In this document: in pieces, positions 50,563 through 60,386 of the stretch
Position numbering within the stretch: position 1 is the stretch's first letter
Layout of the letters: each line of letters opens with the position of its first letter
IMG/VR virus record: IMGVR_UViG_651053002_000003
Coordinates: 2,520 to 66,519 of that record
Strand: one strand, 5' to 3'
Source: a virus
Lineage: Duplodnaviria > Caudoviricetes
Length of the DNA stretch: 64,000 nucleotides
Program-made: the position numbers and the translations under genes
Notes under the pieces: generated by a model
Databases searched by the model: none
What the model saw: the letters and a program-made list of their open reading frames with translations, nothing else
What the model was told of the DNA's origin: nothing

Positions 50563-50776
50563 TCTTTTTAATATTTCCAACCATCAAGAAGGGCCAAATA
50601 TTGGCTCTTCTTTTGGTTAGAATAACCTTTTGCCTCTTCACCTTACTCTCCCATTTATCCACACAAATTTCCTCCTCAGCGCCCATGACGCGCCCGCAAT
50701 GCGGGCAACAGGCATCTGCGCGGATTTCTAAATCAAATTTGGTGTAATCGCAGTCCGGGCAATGGTATTCGATCAT
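50513..50776 (-). CDS. Small zinc-ribbon protein
   Basis: CPDC...CPHC; C-terminal extension may be spurious. Confidence 0.5.
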   Translation of the reverse strand: MIEYHCPDCDYTKFDLEIRADACCPHCGRVMGAEEEICVDKWESKVKRQKVILTKRRANIWPFLMVGNIKKIILHLQLRLRVLIYQT

Positions 50777-51186
50777 TTACTATCCGCCCATTCATCAAAG
50801 CTGTAGGGGTAATCAACACTTTCAATGAAACCGATCTCCTTCGCCTTCTGACGGATTTTCATACAACCTTCATAGCTGTAAGCCCATATTTCTTTATAAT
50901 CCCTCAGCTCGCCGTATTTCCCTGTTATGATGAATTTTCTAAAGCTGTTGACCAGTTGCCACATGTTGCCTCCATGCGAAAAGCCGTTTGCACGCCCATA
51001 TCCCAATTCATACGGGTAAACATCACTCCCAGTGTAATCATCAACGAAGAACAGTTTTTTCTTAAACCTGAAATACGCTATCCGATTCTTTGACTTACAG
51101 TAGAAAATACATCTATCAATACTTGCGATAAGCTTGATCAAATCGTTTATGTCGTTCATTCGTTTCAATTGCTCTGCTGTTGCCAT
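50773..51186 (-). CDS. Hypothetical phage protein
   Basis: GGAGG RBS, GFSHGG motif. Confidence 0.7.
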   Translation of the reverse strand: MATAEQLKRMNDINDLIKLIASIDRCIFYCKSKNRIAYFRFKKKLFFVDDYTGSDVYPYELGYGRANGFSHGGNMWQLVNSFRKFIITGKYGELRDYKEIWAYSYEGCMKIRQKAKEIGFIESVDYPYSFDEWADSK

Positions 51187-51267
51187 GAGATTCCCTCCTA
51201 ATTAGCCTTTAGCCTTGTAAACTTGGTCATATGTTCACTTATTCATGGTTTTGTATATGAATTTCCC

Positions 51268-52107
51268 TTAAACGCCACACATGCCCTCACATTCATTCAA
51301 AAAGTGATCTATATCAAGCTGATCCTCATTGAAATTTACTTCCTCCAATGGCCGGCCTGACTTATGGAGAAAAGCATTATTTTTAAATCGCGGCAGCTTT
51401 CGGATAAGCCGGTCAATTTCCACTGCGTCTTGCCAGGAGGACGGGTCTTTCATCTTCATATCACGCCAGGCGTTGAAGTCATGGAAAGGGCAGCCGATGC
51501 AGCTGGACTTTGCCGGCGTTCCGAGTCCCTCACGCTCAACGTATGTAATGCAGCGCGACCGATCTATGAAGGCCACATCAACCAAAGGATGCTCTGCAAC
51601 TTGCCAGCTTTCCCTGCTTGGTTTAACTCGCTGGATTTCATCAGTGCTGATCCCTTTCCAGAGGTGAACAACTTCTTTGATGCGCTGCCTCGGCTTGTAC
51701 CCGAGCAATGAACGGATTTTCCGGTTAACCGGTAATATTTTGTATTCGTTTGTACATTGCCGACGGGCGATGCCTATTTCACCTTTTGAATCCCGCGTGA
51801 AGAATGGGATACTGGCGAAACGGTCACCTGTCTCAGCGCCTTGCACAATGTCATCACGAATGTTCCCATTATCAGTGAAGATGATCTCCCGCCCGTAAGT
51901 TGCCTTGATATGCTCGTTTATTTTCTCGATCCAGTTGTAAACGTGTTGCGGCTCCCATCCGGTATCCGAGAAAATAATGTAATCGGGTATAACGCCGTTT
52001 ATCTCACCTTTCAACGCCATGAGAAGAAGGGCCGTTGATTGTGTGCCTCCCCCGTAGGAGAGGACGTGAATATGTTTTTTGCCATCGTCGTACTGCTGTT
52101 TAATCAT
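51268..52107 (-). CDS. PAPS-reductase-like (PP-loop) phage protein
   Basis: LSYGGGTQS, FSDTGWE, RQCT..YKI, SSCIGCPF, C-terminal CEGMCGV. Confidence 0.75.
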   Translation of the reverse strand: MIKQQYDDGKKHIHVLSYGGGTQSTALLLMALKGEINGVIPDYIIFSDTGWEPQHVYNWIEKINEHIKATYGREIIFTDNGNIRDDIVQGAETGDRFASIPFFTRDSKGEIGIARRQCTNEYKILPVNRKIRSLLGYKPRQRIKEVVHLWKGISTDEIQRVKPSRESWQVAEHPLVDVAFIDRSRCITYVEREGLGTPAKSSCIGCPFHDFNAWRDMKMKDPSSWQDAVEIDRLIRKLPRFKNNAFLHKSGRPLEEVNFNEDQLDIDHFLNECEGMCGV

Positions 52108-52110
52108 CCC

Positions 52111-52368
52111 TTAACCCCCGATCAAATTCGGCAGCACGGAGATAGCGAAGAAGATGAGCCCCACGCATGCCCCGACCAGCCAGATATTTGTTTTATCCCG
52201 TTTAGCGATAATGGTATCGCCGATCATTTTCAGATCGTCAGACCGAGCGACAAGCGTCGGGATGTAGTCCGGGTGAACCTTCAAAAGCTCGGCCGCCTGC
52301 TCGACGGTCATTGCTTCGTCCTTCGTGGCCTTCACGTTCCGTTGTAGTTCTACTTGTAATGGCATCAT
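52111..52368 (-). CDS. HTH plus C-terminal TM hypothetical protein
   Basis: MTVEQAAELLKV; hydrophobic tail. Confidence 0.6.
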   Translation of the reverse strand: MMPLQVELQRNVKATKDEAMTVEQAAELLKVHPDYIPTLVARSDDLKMIGDTIIAKRDKTNIWLVGACVGLIFFAISVLPNLIGG

Positions 52369-52381
52369 TTTTCTTCCCCCC

Positions 52382-52783
52382 TTATATGACTGAAGCCGAT
52401 ACTAAAACTGTCTCCTCGACGCTTATGGTCGCTGCTTTTCTGTGAAATGTCTCACCATCTATAACAATTGATGTTTTTCTTGCTTCCTCGTATAACGACG
52501 GGAATTTTTCAACAGATGATTCAGGAACAAGCCCCCATACTTTCCATTCATCCATTGAGTTCTCAAGATCCTCAGCCTCGCAATAATGCCCCTCCCGAAA
52601 TTCCTGGTCTAACCATTCGTCTAATTCTAAGGAATTTTCAAATATATAGGCTTCGTCACATTCATGTTCATGAAAAACAAAGAAATATTCGAAAAAAGCG
52701 CCAGTACCGTTTGACTTAACAAAATCAACAAATTCCCGCCAGTTACTTTTCAAACCACCTTGATCAACATATTTCACTTTCAT
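52382..52783 (-). CDS. Acidic hypothetical phage protein
   Basis: Coupled ORF in the early operon. Confidence 0.6.
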   Translation of the reverse strand: MKVKYVDQGGLKSNWREFVDFVKSNGTGAFFEYFFVFHEHECDEAYIFENSLELDEWLDQEFREGHYCEAEDLENSMDEWKVWGLVPESSVEKFPSLYEEARKTSIVIDGETFHRKAATISVEETVLVSASVI

Positions 52784-53010
52784 TCCGCGTCACCTACAAT
52801 CTGAAGTTTTTTATAATGAGCTACATGTCCGCAGGGATTTTCCCAAGTATGAACTTGTCCGAAGAATCCGTCCTCAGCGTGCTGCGTGAGCTGAGGATTT
52901 CCCATTTCCCCGCCACAAGTAGGGCATTCCCAAAGTACATTAACTTCCTTGAACCCGATCAGGAAATCATTGGTATCGCGGGCGGGAATCGTTACTTTTT
53001 TTGTCTTCAT
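52780..53010 (-). CDS. Zinc-ribbon hypothetical protein
   Basis: WECPTCG...NPCGH. Confidence 0.6.
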   Translation of the reverse strand: MKTKKVTIPARDTNDFLIGFKEVNVLWECPTCGGEMGNPQLTQHAEDGFFGQVHTWENPCGHVAHYKKLQIVGDAE

Positions 53011-53474
53011 TCCGCAGCCCCCTTTGGTGTAAATGCTTTGATCACTTTCAAAATATAAGCTGTTTCCCCGTTATCTAATCCATCCATAGCGCACTCAAAA
53101 TCTTTTCCCGCGCTTTTCATTGTGCCGTGGAACTGTACATCTTCGCTTTGCGTGTCATATACCATATAAGTATCATTCATTCCGCTTTCTTCTTTCTGTT
53201 CCTCAACTTTTGATTTTAATTCTTGGTTCTCCGCCTGCAGCAACTTAATATCTTCCTGCGCCTGCCGAAACTGGTTTACCGTGACTTCCTGCTGGCGCTG
53301 GTGTTCCTCAATGATTGCCTGCTGTTTTCTCATGTAGCCGATCATTATGTCTTTGACATAACTCTGCTCGATGATGTAACAAGGTCCTGCATTTATATCG
53401 AGTGGCTTCAATTCCTCTTTTGAAGCTAAATGCCACAATGACAAGTCACTTATAATTTCCTGTAATTTATCCAT
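53007..53474 (-). CDS. Coiled-coil hypothetical protein
   Basis: GGAGG RBS. Confidence 0.6.
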   Translation of the reverse strand: MDKLQEIISDLSLWHLASKEELKPLDINAGPCYIIEQSYVKDIMIGYMRKQQAIIEEHQRQQEVTVNQFRQAQEDIKLLQAENQELKSKVEEQKEESGMNDTYMVYDTQSEDVQFHGTMKSAGKDFECAMDGLDNGETAYILKVIKAFTPKGAAE

Positions 53475-53505
53475 GCCCGTTCCTCCCCCGCAGGGGAAAC
53501 CCCTG

Positions 53506-53709
53506 CTATTTGAATTTGTGGCCGATCTCGTAATCACAACGAGCCAGGCCGCCTTTTATTGTTTGAATGATTGTTTTACCGTGTTCCGGGGCGTCCATTA
53601 AGTGGGCTGTCCCTTCAGTGCCATCTAAAACAATGATGCGGACTTTCCCCGGCTCGATGCTTTGCTGAATAGTTGTTTCATGATTTTTTATTTCTGTTGG
53701 CTTGTTCAC
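53506..53709 (-). CDS. XtrA/YqaO-family protein
   Basis: IIVLDG...APEHGKTIIQT.KG. Confidence 0.8.
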   Translation of the reverse strand: MNKPTEIKNHETTIQQSIEPGKVRIIVLDGTEGTAHLMDAPEHGKTIIQTIKGGLARCDYEIGHKFK

Positions 53710-53790
53710 TCTGGCCGCCCCCTGTGCTATGATAGAAGTACCAGTTCATATCAGAGCATCGGGGCCACGGCTTCGGTGCTTTTTTACGTT

Positions 53791-53943
53791 TTACGACGGC
53801 AGCCGCATCGTTAAGCCGGCAGATGGCTTTAATTCCTCGCGGTAGATGATCGGATGCTTTTCGACGTATGCCGCCAACTGCTCCGGCGTCATTTTCCACT
53901 CCTTAACTGGACCAGGCTTGTATGGATCGATTTTTTCTTGCAT
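53791..53943 (-). CDS. Small phage protein
   Basis: AGGAGG RBS; GPVKEWKMTPEQL. Confidence 0.6.
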   Translation of the reverse strand: MQEKIDPYKPGPVKEWKMTPEQLAAYVEKHPIIYREELKPSAGLTMRLPS

Positions 53944-54000
53944 AGCGATAACCTCCTGAATTGATTTAGTTTTCAAGCATCAAACTTTGGCCTCAAAGCG

Positions 54001-54429
54001 TTATGGCAGGATTTCCGTTATCATGACTTCCACCCGGGGCTCTTCACTGTAAAACTTGCTAACTTTCAGATCGACTACCTGGCTATCATCCCGGTAAATC
54101 AGATGATTCAGCGCGTCTTTAACTCCCTTTACATAGTTATCAACGTCCGGCTTTGTTACGGGGCGCAGCAGGCCCTTTTCCGCATTCTCTCTTTTTGTCT
54201 TGGATTTAGAAATTTCTTTCGTCATTGGTCTGAATACTCTGACATCCATTGCCACAGGTCCCGTAATAACTTGTTTTGGACGATACTGTGACGCCACCAG
54301 CGCAACATATTGTTTAAAGTTCTTTGATTTCAAAGGATCACGCATTTTAACCTTGCCATTTATAACAGATCCCCTCGGCCTCCCCTGTGCAACAGGCTCG
54401 CCGTAAACTATAAACTGAATGGAATCCAA
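54001..54429 (-). CDS. rusA: RusA Holliday junction resolvase
   Basis: PVAQGRPR, KPDVDNYVKGVKDAL, DDSQV. Confidence 0.9.
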   Translation of the reverse strand: MDSIQFIVYGEPVAQGRPRGSVINGKVKMRDPLKSKNFKQYVALVASQYRPKQVITGPVAMDVRVFRPMTKEISKSKTKRENAEKGLLRPVTKPDVDNYVKGVKDALNHLIYRDDSQVVDLKVSKFYSEEPRVEVMITEILP

Positions 54430-54523
54430 CCGTCATTACCTCCCGTCAATTTGTTCCCAGTGCTGAATCTGCTTTTCCTTGTACGGCGCTGTGAGGATGA
54501 TGGCCGGCAGCAGGATAACCGCT

Positions 54524-54667
54524 TTAAGCACTGTGCATCAGCTCCATTTGTTTGATTTTTTCCTCAAGCACCCGGATCGCCGGGGTAAGGTCCTGGCCGG
54601 CCGTTTGCTCGGCGGGCCCGAACAGATACATGCCGCCGGATGCCGTGAAATTTACCTGTTTATCCAT
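54524..54667 (-). CDS. Small phage protein (47 aa)
   Basis: Read manually: [18 protein letters not shown]...; overlaps the loader stop codon. Confidence 0.5.
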   Translation of the reverse strand: MDKQVNFTASGGMYLFGPAEQTAGQDLTPAIRVLEEKIKQMELMHSA

Positions 54668-55493
54668 TTCTCAATCCCGCCAATCTATGATTTAACAGCA
54701 TTCTGTCTCCCTTGATGATCACAACATAATCCGCACACATTTCGTAAATCCGGGTGCCGAGCGCCTCGTCTATCTTTACGATCTGCTCGATATTCAACTC
54801 GCTTGAAATCAAGATCGGTTTATGGTTCAGATAGCGATAGTTGATAACAGAGTATGTTTGCTCGACCTGCCAATCGGTAGCCCGTGGCTTCCCATTCAGA
54901 GGCTTGAACAGATCATCTATAAACAGGACTTCAACCTCTTTCATTCGCTTGAGCTTTTCTTCCAGCTTGTCAAAATCATCTTTCAGATCGTTGAATCCTT
55001 CGACGTATGGAAAATACTGAACCGCGATATTTTTTGATTTAATCAGCTTGTTAGATATTGCAGTAAGCAGATGTGTTTTGCCTGCCCCCGGCTGCCCGAG
55101 CAGGGCGATGCTGTTGTTTCGAGTACCGCGTATGTTATCAAACTCCTTGTAGTATTCGACCGCTGTATCGTAAGTCACTTTCACCATTTCCGGCTTCCCT
55201 TCGGTTACAAAATTCTTGAATTGCAACCTTTCAAATTCTGGGGTGATGTCACTGGAATTCATTAATTTCCGGATGCGGCGCCGCTCAATGCATCCACACC
55301 GTACCCACACTTGATAACCGTCCTTGTTTTCGAGATAGCCGAGTTCGTCTTTGCATACCTGACAGTCATACTCAGCCTTTTCTTCTGAGGCGGCCGACTT
55401 GTCCGCCGAAAATTGAGCCGACCTTTCCTGAAGTTCTTTCATGACTGCCGCCATCGCCTCGTCCGTACTTTGTGTTCTGTTGTTTGTTGGCAT
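54660..55493 (-). CDS. DnaC/IstB-like helicase loader (YqaM-like)
   Basis: CQVC zinc site, [14 protein letters not shown]. Confidence 0.88.
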   Translation of the reverse strand: MPTNNRTQSTDEAMAAVMKELQERSAQFSADKSAASEEKAEYDCQVCKDELGYLENKDGYQVWVRCGCIERRRIRKLMNSSDITPEFERLQFKNFVTEGKPEMVKVTYDTAVEYYKEFDNIRGTRNNSIALLGQPGAGKTHLLTAISNKLIKSKNIAVQYFPYVEGFNDLKDDFDKLEEKLKRMKEVEVLFIDDLFKPLNGKPRATDWQVEQTYSVINYRYLNHKPILISSELNIEQIVKIDEALGTRIYEMCADYVVIIKGDRMLLNHRLAGLRNG

Positions 55494-56088
55494 ACTGCTG
55501 TTTCTCCTTTCGTCTCTGGCTGAATGGGTTTGAGAGGATTGCTTCAATATAATTTAGATTGACGTTGTTTCCCTTGCTTCTGAAAGCCTGTTTCATCGCC
55601 TCCATGACTTTCTCTTCGCCGTAATCATCCACCATATACCCAAGCCGCTGAACCTCCATCGTGCCAATGGTGCGGGCTGTTTTGTTTTCGAATAGTTCAA
55701 ATGCGTTTTTCATTTTTTCGTCAACCTCCTGCTGTCCTAAAGGTATTGGAGCCGGGTCTATCTTCTTGTTGTAATTTCCAAGCTGTATGTACTCGGCATA
55801 ATTCAACACCGTCACAATGAAACCACGTTTTTGCGGCAGGCGATCCAGCTTCAAATACTCTTTCTTTACCATCCGATCTAACGAGTATTTGATCTGATCA
55901 GAAGACCAGTTGAAGCGCCTGGCTAAATCTACAAGCTTAATGATTGTCTGCCCGAGCTTTAGTTCTTGATCTGCCCTGTACTCCGCCCGTTTGAATAAAT
56001 AATCGTATATTGTCTCGTCTCGTGAATCTTTAAATGGCAGCCGGGGCAGGACCACATACCCCAAACCTTGCATATCCATGCCGCTCAC
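55372..56088 (-). CDS. Replication initiator with DnaD domain (YqaL-like)
   Basis: N-terminal winged helix; NLNYIEAIL DnaD motif. Confidence 0.8.
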   Translation of the reverse strand: MSGMDMQGLGYVVLPRLPFKDSRDETIYDYLFKRAEYRADQELKLGQTIIKLVDLARRFNWSSDQIKYSLDRMVKKEYLKLDRLPQKRGFIVTVLNYAEYIQLGNYNKKIDPAPIPLGQQEVDEKMKNAFELFENKTARTIGTMEVQRLGYMVDDYGEEKVMEAMKQAFRSKGNNVNLNYIEAILSNPFSQRRKEKQQYANKQQNTKYGRGDGGSHERTSGKVGSIFGGQVGRLRRKG

Positions 56089-56277
56089 CTACTTCCTTTC
56101 ACACAGTGCTGTCAGAGCCTTGAAATCTATTTCTACTAATCTCAGAGACGGCTCATTTGTCTTTAAGTAGTCAGTCGTGTACCGGGTATACAAGTCCTTT
56201 CTCATGTCGCACTGAACCGTTTTGACCAGCCAAAGATAACAATGCGGGATAGGAATCCTGATCAGCTCCCTTTTCAT
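56089..56277 (-). CDS. Hypothetical phage protein
   Basis: Coupled ORF. Confidence 0.55.
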   Translation of the reverse strand: MKRELIRIPIPHCYLWLVKTVQCDMRKDLYTRYTTDYLKTNEPSLRLVEIDFKALTALCERK

Positions 56278-57074
56278 CAGCTCACCAACTCCGAAAAATG
56301 GATGATACTGTTCAGTTGATTAGTGGCCCGGCAATACTTGCATTTTTCGCATCGCTCCGGCTTCTCTCCGCCGTGTTTCACTTGCAAAATTCGGTCCATC
56401 CGCTGCTCAATCTCTTCAAGTTCTACTTCCATTCGGTTTTCATCTATATTGATCACCGCTTTGTCCGGCGGGTCCTCTTTAGACACCCCTACGATCAGGG
56501 GCTCAAGCCATTCGCTCCGTCCAGTCATTCTTTTTTCAAGCTCAGCATACAGTGCCATTTGTGCAATATAGCCATTTGCCTCGACGAATGAGCAATAGCC
56601 TATTTCCGGGTCCCAAACTTTCTCCCGCAATGACCGCGCTGTTTTCAGATCGGAGAAACGGCCGCCAGCTGGGTTGTATACGTCCAGCTTTCCTTTCCAC
56701 GGAACACCGAACAATTCAGCAGTTACGATGACTTCCTTTTCTCCTTGCAAAACGAACATACAGAGTTCGTCATGTTGAATCGCCTCAATCATCAGATCAG
56801 CTAACTGATACTGCTTGTACAGCTGGCCCTTTTGTGTAAAAAGTGATGGGGTGTTCTTTTTAAATTCATCAAAAGCCTGTTCACCTTCAAGCCAGGCATG
56901 AACGTATTGGCCGAAGAGGAGCGCCTCCGATGTGGGCGGTGTCCATTCTCCGTTCAACTTTGCCATCGTAGCAGCCTCGCATTGCAAAAAGCTTTTATAT
57001 TGAGAATTTGACATGTAGTATCTATCAATCTCGTTAGAGTAATAGTTCTCCTTGTTCAGTGCCGGTATCCGCAT
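56277..57074 (-). CDS. PD-(D/E)XK exonuclease (RecE-like)
   Basis: YMSNSQYKSF, WKGKLD...DLKT, QMALY. Confidence 0.8.
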   Translation of the reverse strand: MRIPALNKENYYSNEIDRYYMSNSQYKSFLQCEAATMAKLNGEWTPPTSEALLFGQYVHAWLEGEQAFDEFKKNTPSLFTQKGQLYKQYQLADLMIEAIQHDELCMFVLQGEKEVIVTAELFGVPWKGKLDVYNPAGGRFSDLKTARSLREKVWDPEIGYCSFVEANGYIAQMALYAELEKRMTGRSEWLEPLIVGVSKEDPPDKAVINIDENRMEVELEEIEQRMDRILQVKHGGEKPERCEKCKYCRATNQLNSIIHFSELVS

Positions 57075-57951
57075 TAGCAGGATCACCCGCCTTTTCTTTA
57101 CTATCAGCAGGCTTGTCAGCTTGCTCTTTCAGCTTTTTGAATTCTTCCTCAGCCTTTGATTTAGTCGCGCTAGCGGCCTTCACATTGAAGTAATCCTCTT
57201 TCTTTGCCATCCCATCACGCAGGGCCGTGTAAATACGACCAATTTTCAGGAAATCTTGCTCAGTGAAGGCATCAACATTACTGCCGATGTACTCCTGAAT
57301 CATTTCCTTAGTGATGCCAAACTCTTTTTTAAAAAGGGAGAAGGCACTTCTGAGTCGGTCTTCCAGTGGTTCCTTATGTCCACTAATCAATGTTTTTTGA
57401 CACATATCTACCGCCGCATCAACGATGTCGCCCGGAATCACTCCAAGTATGCAAGCACGAACCCGGCGGGCTCCTTGATTGGCAACCATTTCGTAAATAT
57501 CCCTTGGATCATCAAGTTTGGTAATGGCGCCCCGTGCCTTCCGTTCATGCTTCACAGTGAAAATTTTGGTTTGCCGGGTATTCGTTTCAAGATCCCAAGC
57601 GTAAGCCATGACAGATGATTCACCGGCCTTTTGTTCCAACTCCATAATTCCGTAATCAATGTTCCCCCAATTTTGAGCCAAGGCCTCTGCCAGCCGGATA
57701 GATGGACCGGAAACCTTTGTGCCGCCGCGAGGATATTCATACACCGCATTCTCGGCCAAGAGCCTCCGTTCGCATGCTTTTTTAATCCGGTCAAACGCTG
57801 CGTATACGTCCCGTGGGAATTTCTTTGCGATGACCATTGCCGCCTGTACTTCTTGAGCCTGTCGGCTTACCAGCGCTTCCGTAGTTACGCCAGTAGCCTG
57901 CTGAGGGGCTGGCATGTAATCTGAGTAATCTACCTGAGATAGTCCGTTCAT
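57034..57951 (-). CDS. Putative single-strand annealing / recombination protein
   Basis: Directly upstream of the exonuclease; family inferred from synteny only. Confidence 0.55.
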   Translation of the reverse strand: MNGLSQVDYSDYMPAPQQATGVTTEALVSRQAQEVQAAMVIAKKFPRDVYAAFDRIKKACERRLLAENAVYEYPRGGTKVSGPSIRLAEALAQNWGNIDYGIMELEQKAGESSVMAYAWDLETNTRQTKIFTVKHERKARGAITKLDDPRDIYEMVANQGARRVRACILGVIPGDIVDAAVDMCQKTLISGHKEPLEDRLRSAFSLFKKEFGITKEMIQEYIGSNVDAFTEQDFLKIGRIYTALRDGMAKKEDYFNVKAASATKSKAEEEFKKLKEQADKPADSKEKAGDPANADTGTEQGELLL

Positions 57952-58136
57952 TATGCTTCTGCCACCTTTCTCAAATAAGCTTCTGTGCCGAGCCGCTGCC
58001 ATTCTCGGTATGCATCCATTGACGGGAAGGAAAATACCGGTTTGCCTTTACTGAACATGATCGAGCCGCCGACTTGTCTCAGACGCTTCTGATCGTCCGC
58101 CCGGTCACTGAAAGATGCTGTTATTCGTTTTGCCAT
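57951..58136 (-). CDS. Small phage protein
   Basis: GGAGG RBS. Confidence 0.6.
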   Translation of the reverse strand: MAKRITASFSDRADDQKRLRQVGGSIMFSKGKPVFSFPSMDAYREWQRLGTEAYLRKVAEA

Positions 58137-58238
58137 GTGTAAAACCTCCATTGTCTTTTATGAGGTAATTTGGTATAATAAAGGAACTAATCTTTACCAA
58201 AAGACCTTTTGAAGTCCACTCTGCCAAGTGGGCTTTTT

Positions 58239-58451
58239 TTATTGCTCATTTTTAAATTCAAAACCAAGATGCTCCTTCAGATACCGCTCAAGGTTTTCCC
58301 TCAAGATGACTTCTCCTTCAGCACTATCTATCACGTAATCATCGAAAGCCGTTACTTCATCCCCAAAGAAATCTTTTTGCGTTTCCGGCTCAGTCAGCTT
58401 GTCATGCCAGTTATTCAAGACCATCGGATTTTCAATATTCATCGCGAACAC
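58239..58451 (-). CDS. YqaI-family protein
   Basis: IENPMV...DFFGDEV. Confidence 0.7.
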   Translation of the reverse strand: MFAMNIENPMVLNNWHDKLTEPETQKDFFGDEVTAFDDYVIDSAEGEVILRENLERYLKEHLGFEFKNEQ

Positions 58452-58696
58452 CTGCCCACAACACTCAAGTGAATTCCGCGGGCTGCCATATTTAAAACAG
58501 TTTGATGTAAGTGCCCTTTATTAGCCAGCCTATTAATATCCTCCGCAATAACCTTGATGCTCCCTGCAAGACTGATAGCTTCTTCGTAATCGCCATCCCG
58601 TAACGCCTCCGAAAGCAAGGTAGAGAGCTCTTCCGCCGACTCGATTTTTCTTTTTGCTGAATCTGCATCCGATTTAAGAAATTGATGGATTTTCAT
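58439..58696 (-). CDS. YqaH-family protein
   Basis: FLKSD...[15 protein letters not shown]. Confidence 0.7.
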   Translation of the reverse strand: MKIHQFLKSDADSAKRKIESAEELSTLLSEALRDGDYEEAISLAGSIKVIAEDINRLANKGHLHQTVLNMAARGIHLSVVGRCSR

Positions 58697-59265
58697 ACCA
58701 ACAATGCCTGCCTTTCCTCTGTTTTTGCCATCGCAACCTGATTTACTAGCGCTTTACGGGTCCATCTTTCGGCCAGCTCTTTCATATTCAGACCATGACT
58801 GCGGGCCAGCGAATATATCAGCGTTTTGTTTGCTGGGATCAGATCAAAAATCTGTTTAATATCGGCCATGGGCAGTTCTTCTGCCTGTCCGCTCGGTCTA
58901 TCATTTGCCAACCAGCGCGCTAAATGCTTTGTGGCTTGCAATGCTTCTTCAAGCTGGTGAACCATGTTGATTACCGCTGCGCTTGCGCTCTCGTTAAGAG
59001 CTGGGTCTATTGGAGCCGCCGTTGTCGGGTGCAGCCGAAAAAGATAATGTACGAGATCAATATGTTCATAGGCCTCACACGCCTCAAACCATCTGATGCA
59101 TAATTCGGGGGTCAGCTTACAAAAACCATTTTCAACATCGGAAACGTAACGTTGATCCTTCCCGCCTATCAAACTGCCGATCTGATATTGTGTAAACCCG
59201 GCCTCTTTACGAACACAGCGCATGATCTTCGGTAAATTCCGCAAGTTGTACGGATTGTTCTCCAT
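58693..59265 (-). CDS. XRE-family HTH protein (YqaG-like)
   Basis: [12 protein letters not shown]...YVSDVENG. Confidence 0.75.
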   Translation of the reverse strand: MENNPYNLRNLPKIMRCVRKEAGFTQYQIGSLIGGKDQRYVSDVENGFCKLTPELCIRWFEACEAYEHIDLVHYLFRLHPTTAAPIDPALNESASAAVINMVHQLEEALQATKHLARWLANDRPSGQAEELPMADIKQIFDLIPANKTLIYSLARSHGLNMKELAERWTRKALVNQVAMAKTEERQALLV

Positions 59266-59306
59266 ATGTTTGCCTCCTGATATATTCAGCTGTTTGCTGT
59301 TAAAAT

Positions 59307-59414
59307 TTAATTAGGGTCAAAAGATGTTTTATTGTATTGGCTTATGATTTTTCGAATATCCGGCCTTCTGGCTCTAAACTTCGCTTTGTGGCCACAATAA
59401 AAACAAATATTCAC
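59307..59414 (-). CDS. Possible 35-aa peptide with CxxC
   Basis: Read manually: GTG start, [17 protein letters not shown]... Confidence 0.35.
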   Translation of the reverse strand: MNICFYCGHKAKFRARRPDIRKIISQYNKTSFDPN

Positions 59415-59415
59415 T

Positions 59416-59607
59416 CTAGAGAGCCTCTTTCATGATTGCTTGTTCTTGAGCTTCGATCCATGCATCAATATTGTGTTTGGTAAAGAAAATCCGATTTCGC
59501 ACACGAAAGTGAGGAATTTGTTTTTCTCGAACCATTGTGTAAATTGTGTCATGATGAACACCCAGGTAATCAGCAGTTTCCTGAACAGTAAGTGTATTGC
59601 GTGTCAT
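59416..59607 (-). CDS. Excisionase-like HTH protein
   Basis: LTVQETADYLGV..TIY...IPHFRV. Confidence 0.8.
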   Translation of the reverse strand: MTRNTLTVQETADYLGVHHDTIYTMVREKQIPHFRVRNRIFFTKHNIDAWIEAQEQAIMKEAL

Positions 59608-59617
59608 TTTTGACCTC

Positions 59618-59842
59618 CTATGCTGTGCTTGTATGAGATTCTTGTCCTTTTTGATTAAAAAAAAGTTCTTTAATATCACAATCTAGAATTTCAGCAACCT
59701 TAAAAGCATCTTCCATTTTAGGGGTAGAATAACCATTTTCCCAATTTGAAATAGTTGATTTTTTATACATAAGTTTTTCGGCTAAATTCTCCTGTGTTAA
59801 GCCTTTAGCTTTCCTTGCATTCACAAGTTTATAATTTTTCAT
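59618..59842 (-). CDS. Cro-like XRE regulator
   Basis: GLTQENLA...TISNWENG; divergent from the repressor. Confidence 0.85.
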   Translation of the reverse strand: MKNYKLVNARKAKGLTQENLAEKLMYKKSTISNWENGYSTPKMEDAFKVAEILDCDIKELFFNQKGQESHTSTA

Positions 59843-59855
59843 TGAGTCACCTCCT

Positions 59856-59979
59856 GTATAAGGAACTTGTACTTCATGACCTCATTATAGGTATAAGAAT
59901 CTTGTATGTCAATAATAATGTATGAAAAACTTGTACAAAAGCGTAATTTTTTTCTTTTTGTTGTACAATTACCTTGTAC
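59856..59979. promoter_or_regulatory. Lysis/lysogeny switch: four operators and the early promoter
   Basis: GTA(T/C)RAN-N3-CTTGTA(C/T) at 59856, 59891, 59920, 59963 (fifth at 59631); TTGACA-N17-TATAAT on minus strand at 59884-59912. Confidence 0.8.
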
Positions 59980-59999
59980 TAATTATGGAGGAAATCCAC

Positions 60000-60386
60000 A
60001 TGTTATCTAAAAGATTAAAAATTTGTCGTAAGCAAAAAAAACTTACTCAAACGGAGTTAGCTCAAAAGGTAAAAACCACTAAAGGTACTATAAGCAATTA
60101 TGAGAACGGACATAGCACGCCTTCTAATGAAATGCTTCGTGACCTTGCTGACGCCCTCGATACAACTACTGACTATCTATTAGGCAGGATTGATAATCAT
60201 ATGAACTTCATTAGGGAGTCATCTGAATTTTATGATACGTTTGGAGATGATGACTTACAACTCGCCTTTAGAGAAGCACGTGATTTCTCAGAAGAAAGTC
60301 AAAAACAAGCAATTGACTTTATAAAGTATCTCAAAGAGAAAGAAGAACGCGAAGGACGAAAAAGCCGAAAAAACAATAACGACTAA
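60000..60386 (+). CDS. Prophage repressor (XRE/ImmR-like)
   Basis: LTQTELA..TISNYENG..TTTDYLLGR. Confidence 0.88.
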   Translation: MLSKRLKICRKQKKLTQTELAQKVKTTKGTISNYENGHSTPSNEMLRDLADALDTTTDYLLGRIDNHMNFIRESSEFYDTFGDDDLQLAFREARDFSEESQKQAIDFIKYLKEKEEREGRKSRKNNND

